A DNA stretch of 63,988 bases, filler included, from Platydemus manokwari (taxonomy: Eukaryota), in NCBI GenBank assembly GCA_037951405.1. It is 6 parts of 6 records of this genome, joined end to end, with 100 filler letters (N's around TTAATTAATTAA, not from the genome) between each part and the next. Parts side by side here need not be neighbours in the genome. Positions count along the whole stretch, not along the records: positions 19,713 to 28,767 come from JBBMOY011285873.1; positions 28,868 to 40,152 come from JBBMOY010795536.1; 4 more parts are not named here. One strand, given 5' to 3'. Below are positions 26,269 through 40,152 of the stretch, one piece after another. The position numbers and the translations under genes were made by a program. The notes beneath the pieces were generated by a model. That model was given only the letters and a program-made list of their open reading frames with translations. It was not told the DNA's origin and made no database searches. The first letter of the stretch is position 1; every line of letters starts with the position of its first letter.

Positions 26269-26553
26269 CAGGGGTGCTCAAAGTTTTTAAATTGCGCTCC
26301 CATTTTTATTATGTCAGTTACTGACGCCCCTAAAATGGCCCTCGTAATAGGTCATAATTCCCATATGAAATACTATCTAAATGAAATAAATATTTTCTTC
26401 ATAGCAATATATAATTCAAATTATGCTTTTTTATTAATTAATAATTTTATCACAAAATAAAAATTGCAGTTAATTGAAAAAATAAAGAAACAATAAATTT
26501 AAATTTTATTGTAGAATTACAAATTATAGGCGCCCCTAGTTTGCGCACCCCTG
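26269..26553. mobile_element. hAT (Buster/Charlie-like) MITE, 285 bp
   Basis: TIRs CAGGGGTGCTCAAA and TTTGCGCACCCCTG (13/14); 8-bp TSD GTATAGAA and GTCTAGAA (7/8) with central TA. Confidence 0.85.
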
Positions 26554-26679
26554 GTCTAGAATTAGCTTATGTCATTTATGAATGAGTTTAATTATTTAAC
26601 AAATATTCTGCATGTTTATACCAGTTTCAATCGCTAAAAAATACTGAATGTTTGCTAACATTTGCTACATCATTTACAT

Positions 26680-26922
26680 CAGTGTTTTTCAAATAGGGGG
26701 GGAGTCACGAGAAATTTCATTTTTGACAAAATATCGATCGAATTTTCAAGACCTGGAATTAGTTCTGAGACCCACCATCACCGAAATAAAGCTAAGATTT
26801 GATCTTTTATGTCAGAATATGCAAAACTGTTGTTATTATTTAATATATTTTAATTTTTTGGGGTCACGAAAAAATTTGTACTCGTAAAGTGGGTCGAAAC
26901 ACAAAAGCTGTGAAGCTCATTG
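26680..26922 (+). mobile_element. Non-autonomous Buster-type hAT retaining the transposase C-terminus
   Basis: Starts CAGTGTTTTTCAAA and ends ...GTGAAGCTCATTG; flanks ATTTACAT and ATTAAAAT. Encodes TKYRSNFQDLELVLRPTITEIKLRFDLLCQNMQ, resembling Buster C-termini. A second copy lies at about 55827-56071. Confidence 0.7.
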
Positions 26923-28767
26923 ATTAAAATTATTCTAATTATTTAAATAACTCATTAGAAGTCTAATAGATCTCATTTTCGAAAGTGAGCCATCAACTGA
27001 ACTATATGAATAAATTTGTTGGGGTTTTCAAAAGGATAACATTTCCGTAACATTGTAACATTTTCAATGACATTATTTTTATGTATTGAATTCATTTGCA
27101 TGCGTAAATAATGATTCGATATAAAATAATATATTTATCTGTTTAAAAATAATAGTTATATACAATTTTGAGTCGTAATTTTTCAGATTATTTTTCCATG
27201 AGTGCTTTATAAAATAGTAGCTGCTTAAAGTCCTTAATGCATAAGTGGCTAAGTCTTCCACTAAGAATATACAAATTCTTGATCACCGATACGAAACAAT
27301 CTTCTCTCTTCCATGGAATTATGGAATCATGATATTGTGTAATTGTGACGTAATTTGTGTTTATGTGGTTGTAATTGTGGTCAACACTGTTACCCGTCAA
27401 AAATCATATAGAAATGACTTAATGAATTACTGGCAGAGAGAAATTCTCTGCGATTATTTTTAATAAATTTTCTTCTTGCTGTATAGCTTTAAATCGGTCT
27501 GGATATTTTTCAATCCATAATTTATTAGGCACTATTATTATTTGACCACCAATGTTTTACCATTATTCCAAATACTGGAATTTTATTTGAAATTCAGTAT
27601 ATTTTTTAATGGAAAAATTTATTTTAATGAATTTTATATTTTTCTATCGGATTTTCTTCCCAGAATGGACAAATCAATTCGTATAAATTCTTAAAATAAA
27701 ATATTAGAAAGCTTTCCTAATTATACACCAATAATAATTCATATTTTTACATACTTCAAATTGTGATGTAAAATTTGTCGAATTTTTTTACATCAATATA
27801 TAAGAAAATGAAACATATTTTTTCGTAATTGTCAGATTATTATCTTTGATAAAACTGTTCAAAGATATCAAATTGTTAATTGTTCACTGATATACATAAT
27901 ATTAGATTATAAAATTAACTCGTACACGAAAGTTCATTATAAAGAAAGTAGGTCAAAGGCCCATTTTCTTAATTTAAGCCGAAGATTTTTTAATCTTCGA
28001 AGATAGTAGATTCCTATGAAATTAAGGTTGATCAAAGTCATTTGATGTATTTTTTTTTCTTTCATGCTTTGCTTGGAGTCATTATTTTTGATGAAACAAA
28101 TCTTTATATTTCTCCTTTGTTGAAATTTGGATATCATAACTTATAATTTAGATTTTGGCTCAGAATCTGTCGAATTTTGTAGAAATATGATTTCATTTAA
28201 ATTTAAATTATGAAAAATTTTACATAGATATTATAAAGAACTGAAATTAGGTCTGTGCGGTCAGAACAAGATATTTTTTTCAGGAAGATAGATCTGGAAA
28301 AAAATATTCCGGACAGCCTTAATTTGTGACTAATTTTGCCTCATTATGAATTTACCACTCAGATTATTTTATCCGTGTCAGATCTTATCAATTTTTGACA
28401 TGTATAACGTGTCTGACAATCTCATCAATCAATCAACAAATCATTTTATAAATAATAAAAATAACAAAAACAAATCAGGGAACTCAAAAGCCGAATTATA
28501 AGATAAATGAACTTACCAGAAGTAACAGTAGATTATTTCAACCAATATCGATTAAGAGGCAATAATACCTAGTAGTAAATCCCTTAAATAAATATAATGT
28601 GTGTGCTATGATAGAGTTAATTTAATCGAATTTAAACAAGATAATACATCATATTTATTTATTCTAACATTCTCTACAATAAAAATTGAAAAAAAAATTA
28701 ATGAAGATTGATGTGGGTAACGTAATGGGTACAAAATCCGATACTAGTGAAAAATAGTTCTGACTCT

Positions 28768-28867
28768 NNNNNNNNNNNNNNNNNNNNNNNNNNNNNNNNN
28801 NNNNNNNNNNNTTAATTAATTAANNNNNNNNNNNNNNNNNNNNNNNNNNNNNNNNNNNNNNNNNNNN
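28768..28867. other. Artificial contig-joining spacer
   Basis: N44-TTAATTAATTAA-N44. Confidence 0.95.
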
Positions 28868-29853
28868 TTCAATAAAATCCAAAAATATTGTTTTAATTTT
28901 GAAATTATTATTGAATATCAAAACTATTTATTTAATTTTTTTCATTAAATTATTATTAAATTATTATTGAATTTATTAATTTAAATTTTCCTCACAATTA
29001 ATATTATTATTATTATTATTATTATTTTGAATTTTCTAAAATAAGCGGTTTGTTTTTTAAATCGTATTATTCTTGTTGTTAAGAATGAAATTATTTACCA
29101 TGACAACGATAACGGATTTTATATTTAATCAGCGATTTTTATTTGGATAATTGTGGTAGAAATAATTTATTGGATAACTCCACAGGTTATTTCAATAAAA
29201 TTTACTTTCAAAAAAATCCAAACAAAAACTGTATAAATTCATAATTGAATCACAGATGTCACGGATTTTTAATTTGAATTATTGATTGATTTTTAATATA
29301 TTTTCAAATATATATATATATAATTATTAAAATAAAATGATTTAATTTTTTGATTTGATCAAAACGAACCTTTTTATATTTAAAATGTGCTTAAGTTTTA
29401 ATATGAATTCCCTCGTGAATAATTTCTGCATATCTGGTCAGCAGATATTTCCATGGTGATTTTTTTGGATTACAAAATCAATCGATTGGGCTCCAAATCT
29501 ATTATATATTTATCTATAACATTTCTCTAGCGAAAATATTTATCAAATCTGTAATATGTATTCAGTTTGTTATTTTTATGGTGTAAAATTGTTTTTCTTG
29601 TGGCTAATATATTCCATTTGAAAACTGTTTATTAACATCATTCAATTGTATTTATTCTTGTCATTTATTCATACTAAAACTTTTTAATTGTAATATATTC
29701 AAATATTGTAACCGTAATCATATAATTCCAATGTCCGTATATCAGTTATTACATATGTTTTTGATATTCAGCCAGTGATAATAATTCCATTTATTGGCAG
29801 CTTGTTTTGTAATAATATTTGAGATTGCCATACATATCGATATTTTATTCCAG

Positions 29854-32800
29854 TTATCCACTTATCATAGCGATTGAAAATCATTGCAGTGTTCGACAAC
29901 AATATGTACTTACATCTCTTTTGAAAATGACTCTCGGGCAATACATTTATGTTCAAAACCAACCGATTCCCGATTGGCCATCACCCGAACAATTGAAATT
30001 TCGAATCATCCTTCTTAGTAAAAAACTAGTAGACATGCCCCCGAATGGCTGCAGTAAACTTAACAGCGATGAACTGACACATAACAGTACCGAATGTGGT
30101 TACGTTTCTGAAGAGGATGAGAATATTGAATTTACTCGACAAAAAGTTTCGCGAACAAGAAAAGTATTTGAAAATATTTATTTATACATTAAATTTTATG
30201 TCACCATAAATTAAATAACTTTATTAATCGATTTTTGAGTGTGTTTATTTATAATTATTGATTAAAATCATTTCGATTGAAACCATAAACGACTGAAATT
30301 CCATTTGTTTCAATTTTTCAGTCATATTCGAATGTTTATATTTTATTAATTTCGTTTTTGAACACGTGATAAATGGATTTATGGAATTAGCGATAATCAC
30401 GTTCGATTGGGCTTTCAGATTTTTTCACTATCGATAAATGCCAATATTTACTAGCTCAGAATGAGTGTTGATATTTTATTACTTTTACTCTCACTCGTGA
30501 TACATCAGTTTTATCAATGTTTTTATTATTCTAGCTCTATTCACTGTGAAATTTGATGGGAAAACAAATTTCTATGAGTTCATTAATTTATTATGCTGAT
30601 AAATTTGAATATTATTATTTATTATTTTTAATGGTAATTATTATTAAATCTTTATTGACAATTCGAAAAAATGATATTATTTTGACTATTACCATATAAA
30701 ACTTTATCTTCTCCGTCTCTTAAAATAAAATAAAACAACAGTAAGAATAAAGTAAATTTATTGAGTTAATTTAATGCACAACAAAACACACTAACAATAA
30801 GAACAAATAACGGTAAATAATAAGCAACTATTCAAAATCTTTACCATCTTGCTCCAAATAGAGATTGTATCGTTTCCTGAAGCTTCAATGACATATATGG
30901 ATGACTTCTTGATTGATGTTTATTAAATCGTGTGAAATTGCTTCTTCAATTTCGTTGACTGTTGTATGCTTGTTATGGATTGCATAAACTCGATCTTTGA
31001 TATAGCTCCATAGCCAAAAATCCAATATCGTGAGGTCTGGAGATCTTGACGGTTATTTCTTTGGTCCTTTATGACCAATTCACTAATGCGGAAAATGTTA
31101 ATCAAGCCATCAAGTCGTAGTTTCTCGTGCAGTTTCTCATTGATTTGTGCTGTAATTCTATTTTACAAAATTTACCTCATTTTCCTTCATTATTTCATCA
31201 GGCAATTTTCCTGATCGCAATCTGATGAATAAGTTTCCAGTTTCTTCAAACTTCTATTTCCAGTATTGCACTGTTGTCCTAGTTGGTGATCCACAATTGA
31301 AATGTTGTTGAAATTTTTGACAAGCTTTGGCACTACCGTGGTACACTATTGCATGGCTAACTATAAACACTCTATATGCAAGCGAAAATTTAACATCACC
31401 AGCTGTTTTCCTCATGTTGTAATAATGCAACTGATTAATAGGAAATAAGAAATAAAGTATATTAATCAGCGAATAATAATTAATATCAATGAATATAAAT
31501 ATGTGAGTATAAATGATATTGTGGAGAATTAAGAATCGCACGATATATTTGAATTATTTGATTTATATCCGATCTATATGTGTTAAGCTTAAAAGAGTAA
31601 ATTTAATAAAGAGAATATATTTTTGGTTTGTAATTAGCCAGATATTCGAGAGGTTAAGTGACTATTTTATTAAAAATTTAATGAAATCATTTCTGAATTT
31701 GTTGTAATATTATTATATTGTGTACATTTAGATATCGAATGCCCCGAAAATGAAATTGATGTGCTATCTGTCGGACATGTTTTTTCTCAATTTCACTAGG
31801 TTTGACGATTCTAAACTCATTCCCAACAATTCCTCTTTGAGTAAGTATATTTTTACTATGTATTTCTTGCTTTTATAGACATTCGGAAAACCCAATTTTA
31901 ATCAATCCATCATGGTTACAATCGAATTCGTGTGAAAAATCGCTTTGTCAGTGAATTTTGTTATTTTCATTATCAAAAGTTTAATTTTCAACGAATTGCA
32001 TTTACGTGTTGTTTTTAAAACTCTATTATTTTTGTGTATCTGCTTGGATTGATGTTGGCTTTGAATGGGTTGGAATAATTTTTGACATGTGTTGATGAAA
32101 AATTGCAGTTGATAAAATATTATTTTAGAAAACCAATAAAGAAATAATTGAAAATATTATAATTTCTAATTGGTAAGACCTGTGAAGATAAAAATAGAAA
32201 CAAGACATTTTTCGTTATCATCATACAATCGAAACTTTTAATTCATGCTGATCAATGATAATTCTCCCATCATAATTTAGATGAATTTATCAAGATAATC
32301 TGGAAAGAATTGTTTGAATGTATTGGCACATTAAATGTTTAAATTAATAAATGAAAATATATGATCAATTCATAATATTTATTCAAAATGACATGTTTTT
32401 CATTTCAATTCCTTTTTATTTCGAATAAAGATTATTTCTATTTCCATTCGAGAAAATGTAATAAATCATCTCGACGAATAAAATTTGTAATCCCAATTTA
32501 TTAAGAGTTTTCTTCAAAATGAATTATTAAATTTTATCTTCTCTTGTTCCAATAGCTCTCATTAAAATACCAAGAAAAATTAATCAATTGGAATCAATTT
32601 ATTTTATAATTTAAAGCTCATCTTGTTTCAATCACTGACGAATACCAGAGGCATAAAATATCAAAGTCGTTGGAAAAATTTAATAAAATGTTTGGAAATA
32701 CATTGATATTGTCCTGCGGTCAGACTTTCTATGAAAGATCGTTTTTGATATTGAGTGTATGGTCATATATTAGATATATCTGACCCACTGAATTCCGATT

Positions 32801-35800
32801 GATTATTTTAATCAGCGATAAGGCTTTTATCTTTATATATATGTCAGACATTTCTCTAATTAAGCATCTTACATCTTTGCTTTCGGTTGCTTTCACATTC
32901 TTATGAATTATAATGTCAACTGAATTTTATAAGAAAATCACTTAGTTATATCAATTCCTAAAATATTGTGTTAATTGCGAGGATTAGGAAATGATTATAA
33001 ATAACTTTCAATATCCTTTCATGTTAACTAATAAATAAGAATTAAGAATATTTGTATAATAGGTACCTGTCTTTAGTCGGATCGGTATATCTCTGATTTA
33101 AACGTATGTCGTAGAGCTTTACAAAATTCCGGATTCTTACTTTTATAATTCATATAAATTTTACAATTTAAGTCGTATTTCTTATTATTTCGCAGCTATT
33201 GTTACTGACAAGTGAAGCATATGTATTGATTTTTTCTGCATATTATGTACATGTACTATCAGTACGTAGTTTTAACAGAAATTTAATAATAATACACTTT
33301 TAAAAATTATATTTTCTTTATTTTATAAATCTGCGATTGCTTTAAAAGTCTTACAGATGTCTTGTTTATTTCATCCATTCATAAGGGTGAAAAACGATTA
33401 AATATACAAGTTCACACCCTAATGTGAATATGGGAATGAATCGAAAGACAGAATTGATGAATTTCGGTACCTAAGATACTGGAAGTTAGCGATTCACTTA
33501 AAACAATCATGTCTTTTGCTCAGAAACAGTTGGTAGGTCAAGCGAATAAATTTGGAGCATTCAAAACCAAGCTTTCAAATCTAGTAGAGACCAATTATAG
33601 ACTAAATTGATAAGAATAAATGATTATAAGTCAGGAGTTTTATTTTTATAATCCTTCATGTTTTTGATTTAGGTACCAATTTTCTGTCTGAAAATTGGTA
33701 ACTGTCTAACTATCGATAATTGGTTAAGTGTCATATGAACTATTGTCAACAATGAAATGAAAAGCCACTTATTTTTATTCTATAAATCTATTTGATAGTA
33801 GGCTTATGTAGCATAAATCATATGAATAGTGGCTCTCCAACCAAATCCAATTTAGGCGGGCTTGGCCATATATTTATATTATTTTAGCGAAATTTTTAAT
33901 CAATGCAAGTGAAATAGAAGCACAATCATAATATTTATTTCCTTACTTTTCTGATTTTTTGATATTGAAAGTTATTTTAAATTTATTCATATTGTAAATA
34001 CTCAATGCACTATTCAACTCAACACTCACATAAATAGCTACAATTTAGCTACAATTTCAATGCTAAATTCAAGATTAACAAACACAGCAAAAAAACCGCA
34101 TTATTTTTTTTGTTAAAAAAGCAGCTAAAAGCAACTATTTCAATAAAAAAATCTAAATTTGATTTCCAAAATTGATCTAAAAAGCATTTATAACCATTTA
34201 TTTAATCCCAAAGATAACCTTTTTCTATGAAAGGGTGTTTAGTGTTGTTTATGTTATTAACGAAACATGCTTGGAGGACATTCAAAACAATTTTTGATTC
34301 ACTCATGCCTTTATCATTTAATCTGCGTCAGCCAACCCTGTATCCAAAAGTATTTAAGCAAAATAGTCCAAAAATATTATCGAAACACCGATGATATAAT
34401 TTCAGAATTTATTTTTTAAACTAATCTGGTCAGCGTGAAAATGCACTTTAAAAATATTCTAATGTTAAAACAACGTAGTAAATAATATTATCTTTATATA
34501 TATTCTTAAATAAGTTTAGTTTCGTTATATTCAAATAATAAAATGTATGTTTTAATCTTTTAAAAAATCTTTAACATTTATTAAGAATTTTCTAATATCA
34601 TAAAGTAATAAAAAAATTTCGTGGCTTGGAACAAAGTTATCATGTCAGATTTCAAATGTCCTGATGAGGAACATTTAGCCCGTAACCGTGGATAAAACTG
34701 TGGATATGTAATATACCGTTAAAATTATTTTTCTGAATATTTCATTTTCATAACAAATAAGAATTATTCATTTTCTTCAACTTCCCAATTTTTATTACAT
34801 CATATTAGTAGCAATTGTATGGAAAATTTTGCAATACACTTCAATCCCATTTTTAACGAATGATAATAATATTAAAAAATTCTTGAACAGTTCATAACTG
34901 GAATCGTTTATGGTTCACTGTAGTAGCAGCTCAATCCTTTACTCAATTTTAAATATTCGATGGACGAAACCTTCCCTTCTACGGAATTTTCTCAATCTAA
35001 ATTTTAAAAAATAATTATCTTTTTAAGAAATAAAATTCAGAAGAAATAATTATCCCAGATATGGTAATTGGGTTGCGTACATCTATTGTACACACTTTTG
35101 ACGTGCTAGTCTTGTTCAGAAAATAGAAGTTTGTAGTTCAAATCGATATCCCCTTAATTATTCAATTATTTTAATTGTTTTAATTAAAGTTATAAAATAA
35201 AATAGTTTTTTTTAAATTCCTTTATTGTTTCAAAAATTATTTTTTCAACGTGGACGAAATTTATGGATAATAATAGATTAATCTTAATGGTTTAGATAAC
35301 CCATTTAGCAATTTCTAATCTCTAACTTGTCTGTAAATGATGATCCAGATTAATCTATTTTCTAATAAATCTTTTTCGAATCATTATTGATTTTATCAGA
35401 TCTTAATTTTTCGATCGTGAAATCTTGATTTTCCAACATTTTTACATTTCCAAACATTTTGAAATCTTGTTTATCTAGCTTATTTGTTCTCGTGTTAGTA
35501 CGCTGTCATATGGAACAAGTTTTTCGATAGATTTCAAATGGCAATCTAATCCAATCACGATTTCACAATGTGCAAGGGAAAATATTTTACATTGTTAATT
35601 AAGTCGAGTTGTTATAAACACAATGAATATCCATTTACTCCATTCGTCAATTTGACATTGGTGTTCATCTTCAAAATAGTCTGAATACACACACACTCGC
35701 ACACACACGCCAGAACAAAAGCAAAGAATAAATTCAATTTCTGAATTGACAAGACAAAACTTTATCGAATTTCTTTTCTGATAATAAATTAATGATTATT

Positions 35801-37960
35801 TCATTTCTAATATTATCTAATTGTTATCTGATAAAGAATTTGAACGACAGTTTCTTTTTTAAGAATACGTCTTAACTAACTTCAATAATGGATTTCCAAG
35901 ATAATTTTCTGTTTATCGCTACTAATAGTTTTTAAAAAGTGTTTTTATTAGATTATTTACAAATGATCACATTAGGCACCGTTTGTATGTCAAATGATTG
36001 TTAAATTGACTTCTATGTGTATAGTTGTATATTCTACTATAATTAGTTTATTATATTTTTATTGTTGTGTTCTTATTATAATTGTTTATCCTATTTGGCA
36101 CTTCACACCAAAAGACCATAAACACAGTTAGTATTTCTTGAAGCATTTGTTCAAAATTTATCCATTGCATGACCTGCAATCGTTATTTCACCTGATCTAT
36201 CCTTAACTAATCATATTCGATTGCTTATTGGATGATTCCGAATGTGATGTTTATGAGTACAGTGAATCCATATAAAGTTCAACCTTATTGCTTGATAGTT
36301 GTATGCAATTAAAGAATCTGGTTTGCCATTTGATTTGTTAACATATATGTTAACAAGGCGCAAAATATAAATATATGATTAGAATTTTGATTTCTTTCAT
36401 GTGAGAGAATTTTTAATTAAATTAAATTAATAAAGATTTAATTTTATATAAAATTAAAAATTTATTTGTTTAAATTATTGAATTTAAATAGAATTTGGTG
36501 TCGTGACTTTTCGGTTTGTTTTTAATCTGTAGTTTTTAAAATAATAGCGGCTTACATAGCGATCATGTATCTGGATTCGATTCAGACATCTGTGACTAAA
36601 AATTATGGAAAAGAAGGAGAAAGATGTTGAGAGTATATAGAGAATATATAAAGAAGATATATAGAATATGTAGAGAAGATATAAAGAAATTAGAAGAATT
36701 TGGGATTGTTATGTAGATAAATATGTAGAGAATTCGATACAATGTCAATTAAAAATACAAAAAAATCAACGATTTTAAAGAAAGAGGAGTGTGAGAATTT
36801 TTAAATGAATTAGATTTTTAAAGATTTAATTTTATGTAAAATTATATTTATTTGTTTAACTATTTAAATAGAATTTGGTGTTGTGATCTTTCAGTTCGTT
36901 TTTAATGTGTGATTTTTTAAATAGTAGCGGCTTACATTCCATTTTTGCCAAAGCTACCAAAGAATGTTGCTAATATATTTGGATTTCTGTACATGATAGA
37001 AGGAAAATCCATCATATTATTCAGGCTTGGATGTTTTGTATAATTTAAAAGTATCAAACAAGAATAGTGGAATATGAAGCATGTTTTCACATATTTATTT
37101 GATTCTATAAAAATCTTTGAAAACAATGGAAAGTTTTGTATTTGTCTTTCGAAATATATTTTCTTTGTTTGAATCATTTTGTGTTATTATATAAACAAAA
37201 TATTGATGATTATTTTTATTTTAGCAGCTAGTCAGTGCAGCAGTTTAAAAAGATCAACAAATAACACTTGGATACCAGAGGTCTCCTTTTTATCGGAATT
37301 GCATGCGATAAGATTAGCAAATGAACACAGTCAAAGCTTCATGTATCATAATAAAAGCGACTTGGTGTGTGTTTATCCCAATATAACACGAGTCGATAGC
37401 AGTAATTACAACCCACAAGATCTGTGGAATTGTGGCTGTCAAATTGTGGCTCTTAATTATCAGACAATGGGTTTAATGATGGATTTAAGTGCTGGATTTT
37501 TTTCCCGTAATGGAAACTGTGGTTATGTTCTCAAACCGGAAATAATGCGACATCAATTATTATTAGACATGCATCACAAAGATGGAATTCCTGATATATT
37601 ACCACAAGTATTGTTCCAATTAAATTTAATTTTATTATCTGTTTTCTACTCTATTCCAGACCATTCATATTCGTATAATCAGTGCACAGCAGTTACCAAA
37701 GCCGAGGGGTTCGACATCGAAAGGAAATGTGATTGATCCTTATGTAGTGATTCAGTTATGTGGAACACCGGCAGACTGTTCAGAAGAAAGAACGAAAACA
37801 GTACATGGCAATGCCTATAATCCTGTTTTTGATGAATCTTTTGAATTTGAAGTAGCAGTTTCCCAAATGGCCCTTGTTCGATTTCTCGTTTTAGATGATG
37901 ATTCAATTGGAGATGATTTCATTGGTCAATATACTATTCCTTTTGAATGTATCCAGACAG
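29854..37960 (+). CDS. PLCL: Phospholipase C-like protein, PLCL/PRIP type (partial: end of X box, Y box, C2; 4 exons)
   Basis: Phase-consistent exons: 29854-30163 (YPLIIAIENHCS...SPEQLK), 31732-31840 (KLMCYLSDM), 37225-37607 (YP..TRVDSSNYNPQDLWNCGCQIVALNYQT...NGNCGYVLKP), 37660-37960 (IISAQQLPKPRGSTSKGNVIDPYV...PADC.E.RTKTV...DDDSIGDDFIGQYTIPFECIQTG). PQDxWNCGCQ, PKPxGSxxKG and IGQYTIPFEC are PLCL1/2-like. Truncated at both ends. Confidence 0.88.
30836..31415 (-). mobile_element. Decayed Tc1/mariner-superfamily transposase in a PLCL intron
   Basis: N-terminal HTH-like segment (KFQQHFNCGSPTRTTVQYWK*KFEETG) and C-terminal PSRSPDLTILDFWLWSYIKDRVY...EQDGKRF, matching the WPPRSPDL..LDF.LW motif. 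Stops, frameshifts and an internal deletion are present. Confidence 0.85.
36400..36936 (+). mobile_element. Complete miniature LTR retroelement (TRIM-like), 537 bp
   Basis: Direct terminal repeats 36400-36556 and 36790-36936, each TGTGAGA...GCGGCTTACA. PBS-like TAGCGATCATG immediately after the 5' LTR; polypurine tract AAAGAAAGAGGAG immediately before the 3' LTR; 5-bp flanks TTTCA and TTCCA; non-coding interior. Confidence 0.85.
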
Positions 37961-39979
37961 GTAATCTTTTTGCTCAATTTCTTATCAAGATTGAAGGGAA
38001 ATTTTTGATTTTTTTTCATAGGTTTGACTTTAACATTTAGTTCCTAATTTATTTATTTTAATTATAATTTACCATTTGTTTTAAACAAATTAACATTACA
38101 CTAGATGCTACTCATACTTAATTGACGCTAATTTAAAATACTTTCTTTCGATAATTATAGCGTAATGAATATAATTAATTAACATATTTGTAGTAAAGGT
38201 AAATTCTTAGTGAAAAATAAACAATCGCAGCTTTATGATTGATAAATTGAGTGTAATCTTATTCTTATGTGGTGATTGAAGCATTAATTTTCATTGATAG
38301 ACTCCTTGTGTGCCCGTTGTTACTCGTAAATTTCAGCCCTTAATATATTAATTCTAAATATTGCTCCATAGTACATGAGAACTGGTGAGAATTTTAATTG
38401 TGTTGGTCATCGTTGATTGTCTGTTTCCCATGATTTTGTGTCTCAAGTCTCCATATTCATTACAAACATAATTATTTTTGATTGTTCTTGTTATCATTAT
38501 AATTCATTAACGGTTATAAATTATAATCCATTGACTATAACTTGAAATTGACTATCTATAGTTTATTGGAACTCTCATTTGCTGTTTTCATTAAATGTCT
38601 TTATTTTATTTTATTTTGTTACGCTTACTTAATGAAATCTAAATGATATTGAATCCTTTAAGGTATATTATTAAAAACAACTTGAGACCATTAATGAAAC
38701 TCAGAGTGTAAGTTTCAAACATTCCAATACTGTTATCTTATATAAAAAGAACTGAAATAAATTTCTGCAAATCGTACAGGCTAATTCAATGTCGTAGTCA
38801 GTAATAAAAAGTTGTATATTATTTCTCAAACTTTCTGACGTTGGATATCATCTAAGAAATAATTGAATTTCTTTCTATAACTAAGTTTTATAAGAATAAT
38901 ATTTGCATTTTTGTTGAGATATATAAATAAATAAAAGATTATTGATTTAAGTTTTTACATACTCTATTTTCCTGATTATAAGCGCACCATGTACATCTCT
39001 GGTGCTTACATGGGATTCCTTTTCAAAATTTTTCGCACCTCGTTTACAAATCACATGATTCAAATCCGTACCGTGCAATAAGTGGAACAAATGGCAGTTA
39101 CATTAGAATCCATCAAGACTGAGTTTAAAAGAGGAAATCTTTATGATTGTCATAGTCGTTGCTATAGACTTTCAAATGAATTTGACATCGATAATAGTTC
39201 CAGTGATTGCAGTGATATTCATGAAAATGTGATTGTTATGATTGAGTGATATCTGAGTAAGAACATCTTAGGAAAATGAAAAGAGAAATTATGAATTAAA
39301 TAAGCAGTTGTGCAAAAGTTAAATAATTGATTGATTCGAGTTTTAGGTTTGGAAATATTTGAGAAAATAAATTTAATAAATATGAAAGAATTGCTTGAGA
39401 ACATATAAAAATAGTGTCTTTAGAAATTAATACTGGAGGCTAGTAAAGGAAACAACAGAAGATGTATAATTTTGCACTAAATATCCATAAATTTTGATGG
39501 CAATAATTTTGTAAATAGATCAGAATAGTTAATAATACTTTACGTGTAACGCAGCATTTTGTTTTACTCAATAATATTATTATAGAAATAACTTTGACCA
39601 GATACATATAGTGTTGTAAATGTAAGCTAGTTCGATCAATTTGAAGAATATCTCCTTAAGTTAAGTTTTGTGGGAACATCTTTTATAATTATCTGAACTA
39701 GGGGATCTGTAAACCTTTGGATCAAGAGTGAAAAATTCTATTTCTAGAAAAATGTATAGGCTATAATTCATGAAAAAGATAAATTATAAATTATATCGAT
39801 TTGCAATATTTGATTAAAATTATATTTATATTCCATTAAATAATCTCGGATGATATCTTTGTAACTACTGAAATACCTGGTTTTGATAAATGAATATTAA
39901 TCATATTCAATTCAAATATTATCTTAATCGTTTGGATTGTTGTTTATAATCATATTATTATCAAATTACTGGACCGTAC

Positions 39980-40136
39980 TGTGAGAATATTAAAAATGAA
40001 TTAAATTTTTACCGATTTAATTTCATATAAAATTATATTTATTGGTTTAGATAATTTTATTTAAATACATTTTTTATTGTTGTGTATTTTCAGTTCGTTT
40101 TCGTTGTGTGTTTTACACAAATCGTAGCGACTAACA
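39980..40136 (+). mobile_element. Solo LTR of the TRIM-like family
   Basis: TGTGAGAAT...TTTTCAGTTCGTTTT...GCGACTAACA; 5-bp flanks CGTAC and CGAAC. Confidence 0.75.
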
Positions 40137-40152
40137 CGAACTTTAGTTTTTT

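Noticed and set aside
28250-28320. Imperfect inverted repeat, possible MITE
   Set aside because: Arms are too degenerate and A/T-rich, and no TSD was found.
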